This document shows positions 59,472 to 64,000 of a stretch of 64,000 nucleotides of DNA, in pieces. The stretch covers positions 39,025 to 103,024 of the forward strand of contig JACKAP010000011.1 in NCBI GenBank assembly GCA_020635015.1. The letters are read 5' to 3'. The notes beneath the pieces are model-generated. The model had not been told where the DNA came from. It made no database searches and was given only the letters and a program-made list of their open reading frames with translations. The stretch's first letter is position 1. The number at the start of each line of letters is the position of its first letter. This DNA comes from Calditrichia bacterium. GTDB taxonomy: Bacteria > Calditrichota > Calditrichia > RBG-13-44-9 > J075. The position numbers were made by a program, and so were the translations under genes.

Positions 59472-62216
59472 ATGCAGACACGCGTTATCGGCTTGATGTT
59501 GCTGGTCCTGACGCTTTTGGTAAACGGCCTGTTTTCCGGTACTACCGGGAAAATTGCCGGTGTCGTGAAGGATAAGGAGAATGGCGAGCCCCTGATTGGT
59601 GCGAATATCATTCTCGATGGCCATCCCCTCGGCGCTACGACGGATCTGGACGGCAGTTACTTCATTCTGAACGTGCCTCCTGGCACTTATGATGTCGTTG
59701 TGCAATACATCGGCTACCAGGACGTGCGGGTAAATGGTGTTAGTGTATCGATCGACCTGACCACCCGGCAGAATTTCGAACTCTCCTCCGCCACGATTGA
59801 ATTGGGGGATGAAGTGGTGGTGGTGGCCGACCGCGACGTGGTGCAGAAAGACCTTACTTCATCGGAATCCCGGGTTTCCAGCGAAAAGATCGAATCGCTG
59901 CCGGTGGAAGAAATCGATGACGTGCTGCAGATTCAGTCCGGCGTAACCCGCGGGGCGGACGGCAGCTTTCACATCCGCGGCGGCCGCTCGTCGGAAATCG
60001 CCTATTGGGTAAACGGCTCTTCCATCACCGACGGTTTTGATAATTCCCGGGGTCTGAATATTGAGAACGAGTCGATCCAGGAGCTGCAGGTGATCAGCGG
60101 AACGTTCAATGCGGAGTTCGGCAACGCCATGTCCGGGATCGTCAATGTGGTCACTAAAGAAGGCGGCAGCGATTTTCACGGCAGCATCAAAGCCTATACC
60201 GGCGACTATGTTACGAACGATGATGATATTTTCTATAATCTGGATCAGGTGCAGCCGAAAGATAATTACAGCGTGCAGGCCTCACTCAGTGGGCCGGTGC
60301 CGCTGCTGGGCAGCAAGCTGCGCTTCTTCGCCACCGGCCGGCATAATTATGATGACGGCTACTTCTATGGCCGGCGGGTGTTCAATCCCGACGGCAGCTT
60401 TTTCGTGGATGAATATAATCAGGATTCTACCTTTAACGCCGACCGCCCCGTGGATGTGCTACGCAGCCAGGAATTCCTTGACCAATACCAGGCGGTCTCC
60501 ATGAACTGGCGCCGTCGCTGGAGCGGTCAATCGAAGTTGACCTTCCAGGCCACACCGACCTTGAAGTTTAATCTGGAAGGCATCGCCAGCACCGAGCATT
60601 ATCGCGATTACAACCACGGCTGGAAATATAATCCCGACGGTGACGTGGAAAAATTCTTCGACAATCGCAGCCTGGACTTCCTGGTCAACCATACCCTCTC
60701 CGGGCGCACATTTTATACTTTCAAGCTGAGCTACCTCAACCGGGAGTTTAACGAATATGCCTTCAAGGATATTAACGATCCCCGCTACCAGATCGATGTC
60801 TTTAATATTCCCACCATCGAACCGGGCAACTTTTCCCAGGGCGGCCTGAATCTGCACCGCTATGAACGATCGACCAATAATTATATCGCCAAGTTTGATC
60901 TGAGTAGTCAGGTGCATAATGCCCACCTGATCAAGGCCGGTGTGGAATTCCAGTATTCCGAGCTGTCGCAGGATGATTATAACCTGATCCCGGCGGACCC
61001 GGGGGTTGCTGGAGCCACGATACCGGATTTGACCACACCGGGGCGCGACCGCTTTAGCCGCGATCCGGTGCAATATGCAGTTTATATTCAGGATAAGATC
61101 GAACTGGATAATGTGATTATTAACGCCGGCCTGCGGTTTGATTACTTCTATTCCAAGGGGCTGGTGTTGGAAGATCCGCGCGATCCGGATATCTACCGTC
61201 CGCTGCTGCCGGCGCATCAGGCGATGACTTTCGAAGAGCGGCAGTCAATCTGGTACCGTAAAGCCGATCCCAAATACCAGATCAGCCCGCGTCTGGGAGT
61301 TGCCTATCCGATCAGTCAGACCGGGGTAATCCACTTCAGCTTCGGACAGTTTTTGCAGATTCCCCCCCTGCGCCTGCTCTACCAGCATTCCGAGTACAAG
61401 ATCTCTACGGTGAGCGGCGCCTCCAGCCCCTTCGGCAACCCCGATCTGGATGCGCAAAACACGGTTCAGTATGAGTTGGGCCTTCAGCAGCAATTGACCG
61501 ACGACGTTAAAATTGATGTCACCGGTTTCTACCGGGATATCCGCGACTGGGTCTCCACCGGCCCGCAAATCGATACCTATCTGGCCGGTACCCGCTATAA
61601 TCAATACACCAATAAAGACTATGCCAATGTGCGCGGCATTGCCCTCTCGTTGACCAAGCGGATGAGCAATCATTTTGCCGCCGACTTCGTGTATCAATTC
61701 CAGGTGGCAGAAGGGACCAACTCCAGTGCCGAGGAGGAATTCTTCCAGCAGAACAGCGGCTATGAGCCGACCATTCAGCTCTCGCCCCTGGATTGGGACC
61801 AGTCGCATAATGTGAACGCCTCCCTGACCTACGGAGGTAATACCTGGAACGCCAGCGTTTTGGGACGTTTCAATACCGGCCTGCCTTATACGCCGGCGAC
61901 CAATATCGACGAAGCGGTGGTGATCGGTCCCAACGCCACCAACGATTCGCCCAAGAACAGCCGCCGCCGGCCGACCAACTTTGTAGTCGACTTGCGCGCA
62001 CACAAATCGATGCGGGTTCATGACTTTAATTTTATCCTTTTTGCCCGGGTATTTAATCTGCTCGACCGCCGTAACGAAGTCAATGTATTTTCCGATACCG
62101 GCCGGTCTGATGTGACGTTGACGGCCGCAGCCACCACCGATCCGCAGTTCCTGATCCGCCCGGATTTCTACGACCGCCCGCGGGAAGTGCAGGTTGGTCT
62201 CGAATTTGAATTTTAA
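59472..62216 (+). CDS. TonB-dependent receptor with a CarboxypepD_reg domain
   Basis: ORF of 914 aa. It has a signal peptide, then GKIAGVVKDKENGEPLIGANIILDG..TDLDGSYFILNVPPGTYDVVVQYIGY, a plug region (...IRGGRSSEIAYWVNG), a barrel, and a terminal ...QVGLEFEF. Confidence 0.9.
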   Translation: MQTRVIGLMLLVLTLLVNGLFSGTTGKIAGVVKDKENGEPLIGANIILDGHPLGATTDLDGSYFILNVPPGTYDVVVQYIGYQDVRVNGVSVSIDLTTRQNFELSSATIELGDEVVVVADRDVVQKDLTSSESRVSSEKIESLPVEEIDDVLQIQSGVTRGADGSFHIRGGRSSEIAYWVNGSSITDGFDNSRGLNIENESIQELQVISGTFNAEFGNAMSGIVNVVTKEGGSDFHGSIKAYTGDYVTNDDDIFYNLDQVQPKDNYSVQASLSGPVPLLGSKLRFFATGRHNYDDGYFYGRRVFNPDGSFFVDEYNQDSTFNADRPVDVLRSQEFLDQYQAVSMNWRRRWSGQSKLTFQATPTLKFNLEGIASTEHYRDYNHGWKYNPDGDVEKFFDNRSLDFLVNHTLSGRTFYTFKLSYLNREFNEYAFKDINDPRYQIDVFNIPTIEPGNFSQGGLNLHRYERSTNNYIAKFDLSSQVHNAHLIKAGVEFQYSELSQDDYNLIPADPGVAGATIPDLTTPGRDRFSRDPVQYAVYIQDKIELDNVIINAGLRFDYFYSKGLVLEDPRDPDIYRPLLPAHQAMTFEERQSIWYRKADPKYQISPRLGVAYPISQTGVIHFSFGQFLQIPPLRLLYQHSEYKISTVSGASSPFGNPDLDAQNTVQYELGLQQQLTDDVKIDVTGFYRDIRDWVSTGPQIDTYLAGTRYNQYTNKDYANVRGIALSLTKRMSNHFAADFVYQFQVAEGTNSSAEEEFFQQNSGYEPTIQLSPLDWDQSHNVNASLTYGGNTWNASVLGRFNTGLPYTPATNIDEAVVIGPNATNDSPKNSRRRPTNFVVDLRAHKSMRVHDFNFILFARVFNLLDRRNEVNVFSDTGRSDVTLTAAATTDPQFLIRPDFYDRPREVQVGLEFEF

Positions 62217-62245
62217 TGATACCTAAATCTGAAGAGGTCTCTCTT

Positions 62246-64000
62246 ATGTGGAACTCACATTTTCTTAGATTTACGTTGATTCTGTTGTGGTGCGCGACCG
62301 GCGGACTGTTGGCGCAGCATGTGCCCAGTAAGGAACGGGCGGATGAATCCCTGCGCCGCAAGACCGATATCGACGGCAACAACGTTCGTGCGACCACTTT
62401 CAATACCGGCCTGACCGGCCGCACCGGAGGCACTGCAACCGATGAGATTGCTTATGAATGGCCCAAGAACAGCGACCATGAACACGTCGCTTTGACCGCA
62501 GTGTGGGTCGGTGCGGAATTTCCCGACATCATGGATCTCGACGGCGATCCGCTGCGTATCCTGGATGCAATCCAATATCGCGAATCCCCCGATGGCGAAT
62601 CCTGGAATTTCGAACCGGTGCCCGGTTACAACAATGCCAGCTATCTGGAAGAACTGGATGTGGATGGCGTGCCCACCGGCAATAAAAAAGTCGGTATCGC
62701 CAAGAGCACCGACCCCAACAGCTGGCCTTCCGGTGGCTGGGCGGATAAATTCGAGGATGATAACGATCCAGGTTGGATCGGCTCCTGGAACGGGTTCTTC
62801 GGCAAAAACGTGTTTAATGCCGACCAGGAATTATTCTACAAAATGGGGGATGATCTCTACGATCGCAAACTGGGCATCTTTCAGCCGGATTCGACCGACC
62901 TGACCCGGGGCGGCCTGGGAATTCTCGGGGAAGTACGCATCATGTCCTGGTCGCAGATCTTGATCAACGATGTGGTCTTCGTGATCACCAACTACCAGAA
63001 TGACGGCACCACCGATATCGGAAAGATGTCCTTTACCATCTGGCTGGCCGATGTGATCGGCAATAACACCCAGAATGACCGGATGAACTATGACCTGCTC
63101 AACGACCTTGCCACCATGGATGACGATGAACAGGGCTGGGGGTCGGTCGGGGTGGCCTTCCTGGAAACACCCGGCAATAACGAAGACCGGATCGATAATG
63201 ACGGCGACGGAGAAGTCGGACCGATCGTTACCGAATCGATGTTGGTGGGTGAAATTCGCGGTAATTACATCGATGATAACGGCAATGGCCTGATCGATGA
63301 AGACACCACCCACATTGCCTTCTCCAGCTCCAGCGGTACTGCCGAGGGGGTTACCTACGCCGACCGGATCGACAATGACGGCAATGGGGAAGCCAACAGC
63401 CCGCTGATCACCAGCACCATGATCTCCCAGGCCAGCATCGACGTGTGGAAGCGCTGGCCCCCCAATCCGGCGGGCGATCCGCTGCAGAACGGCGCGATCC
63501 ATCTGTTGCTGGTTGAAGAAGATGATGAAGGCTTTGCCTTTAAGGATTTTATCGATAATGACGGCAATGGGGAAGACAGCAGCAATGTGGTCACCCAGGC
63601 GATGATCGATGAAGCCGCCGGCGATTTCTACCGCCGCTATAAGGTGCCCGGCACCAACATCATTCTCTATGACCTTGGCCAGGAAGACCTGGGCCATATC
63701 TATGCCGACGGGATCGATAACGATCACGATGGCGCGATCGATGAAGGCATCGACGAAGGTATCGACGAGATGGTCGACGAGTCGCGCGATGACGGCGTCG
63801 ACAACGACGGCGACTGGGATCCGGTCACCGATGACGTCGGTCTCGACGGGGTGGCCGATACCGGCGATCGCGGCGAAGGCGACGGCATACCGACCAGCGG
63901 TTCCGGAACCCCTTTCCCCGGTGAACCGAATGTAGATAAAACCGACGTGTCCGAATCGGATCAATTGGGGATCACCAACGTGCAGCGTTTCCCTGCGGGC
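62246..64000 (+). CDS. Secreted protein with multiple DxDxDG-type (IDNDGNG) calcium-binding repeats; partial, continues past the right window edge
   Basis: Not in the ORF track because it is open at the window edge. My own translation from ATG 62246 (GAAGAGG upstream) gives MWNSHFLRFTLILLWCATGGLLAQ (a signal peptide) ...DRIDNDGDGEV...YIDDNGNGLIDED...DRIDNDGNGEA...FIDNDGNGED...DGIDNDHDGAIDEGIDEGIDE...DGVDNDGDWDP... It starts 29 nt after the TBDR stop. Confidence 0.75.
   Translation, partial: MWNSHFLRFTLILLWCATGGLLAQHVPSKERADESLRRKTDIDGNNVRATTFNTGLTGRTGGTATDEIAYEWPKNSDHEHVALTAVWVGAEFPDIMDLDGDPLRILDAIQYRESPDGESWNFEPVPGYNNASYLEELDVDGVPTGNKKVGIAKSTDPNSWPSGGWADKFEDDNDPGWIGSWNGFFGKNVFNADQELFYKMGDDLYDRKLGIFQPDSTDLTRGGLGILGEVRIMSWSQILINDVVFVITNYQNDGTTDIGKMSFTIWLADVIGNNTQNDRMNYDLLNDLATMDDDEQGWGSVGVAFLETPGNNEDRIDNDGDGEVGPIVTESMLVGEIRGNYIDDNGNGLIDEDTTHIAFSSSSGTAEGVTYADRIDNDGNGEANSPLITSTMISQASIDVWKRWPPNPAGDPLQNGAIHLLLVEEDDEGFAFKDFIDNDGNGEDSSNVVTQAMIDEAAGDFYRRYKVPGTNIILYDLGQEDLGHIYADGIDNDHDGAIDEGIDEGIDEMVDESRDDGVDNDGDWDPVTDDVGLDGVADTGDRGEGDGIPTSGSGTPFPGEPNVDKTDVSESDQLGITNVQRFPAG

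Overview
This is a 64-kb, visibly GC-rich chromosomal segment. It looks like it comes from an FCB-superphylum bacterium: it has T9SS C-terminal sorting domains, three CarboxypepD_reg-type TonB-dependent receptors with no SusD partner, and Bacteroidetes-style TAnnTTTG promoter boxes. I can support 38 protein-coding genes and 3 decayed genes. By eye I saw no rRNA, tRNA, CRISPR array, transposase or integrase. Most genes are housekeeping, envelope or carbohydrate functions (pepT, ppa, GH1, ggt, DmpA-like peptidase, NhaC, glgX, GH13 amylase, parvulin PPIase, aminotransferase, OsmC). Four things stand out. (1) At 21.0-29.5 kb, an island bounded by repeat arrays encodes a ~1,975-aa caspase(C14)-STAND NTPase-TM-double beta-propeller protein. 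It is preceded by a peptidoglycan-binding protein with a YkuD-like His/Cys motif and is divergent from a 4-TM protein plus a small Cys-rich protein. This is a candidate membrane-spanning suicide/defence module. (2) At 30.3-38.8 kb, a light-response block holds three photoreceptor classes: a LOV-PP2C phosphatase, a PhrB/CryB-type Fe-S (6-4) photolyase next to ribA, and a CarH/LitR-type B12 regulator. It also holds TspO-like, SDR and SRPBCC genes, and a shared direct repeat AACGCTCAAAACGCTCA sits in front of near-identical promoters. (3) Many intergenic regions carry short-period (7, 8, 9, 14 or 23 nt) tandem units arranged as inverted arms. These include several families of 65-225-bp TIR/MITE-like hairpin elements, one apparently carrying a GxxExxY (PD-(D/E)XK) gene as cargo, and a 16-copy perfect 23-bp array with dispersed relatives. 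(4) There is gene decay: an EndoQ-like PHP nuclease-UvrD helicase fusion broken by four homopolymer frameshifts, an in-frame GH36/GPH-transporter chimera, an internally deleted FAD oxidoreductase, and an orphan T9SS sorting-domain fragment. All family calls come from reading the translations and motifs; no database search or folding program was run.
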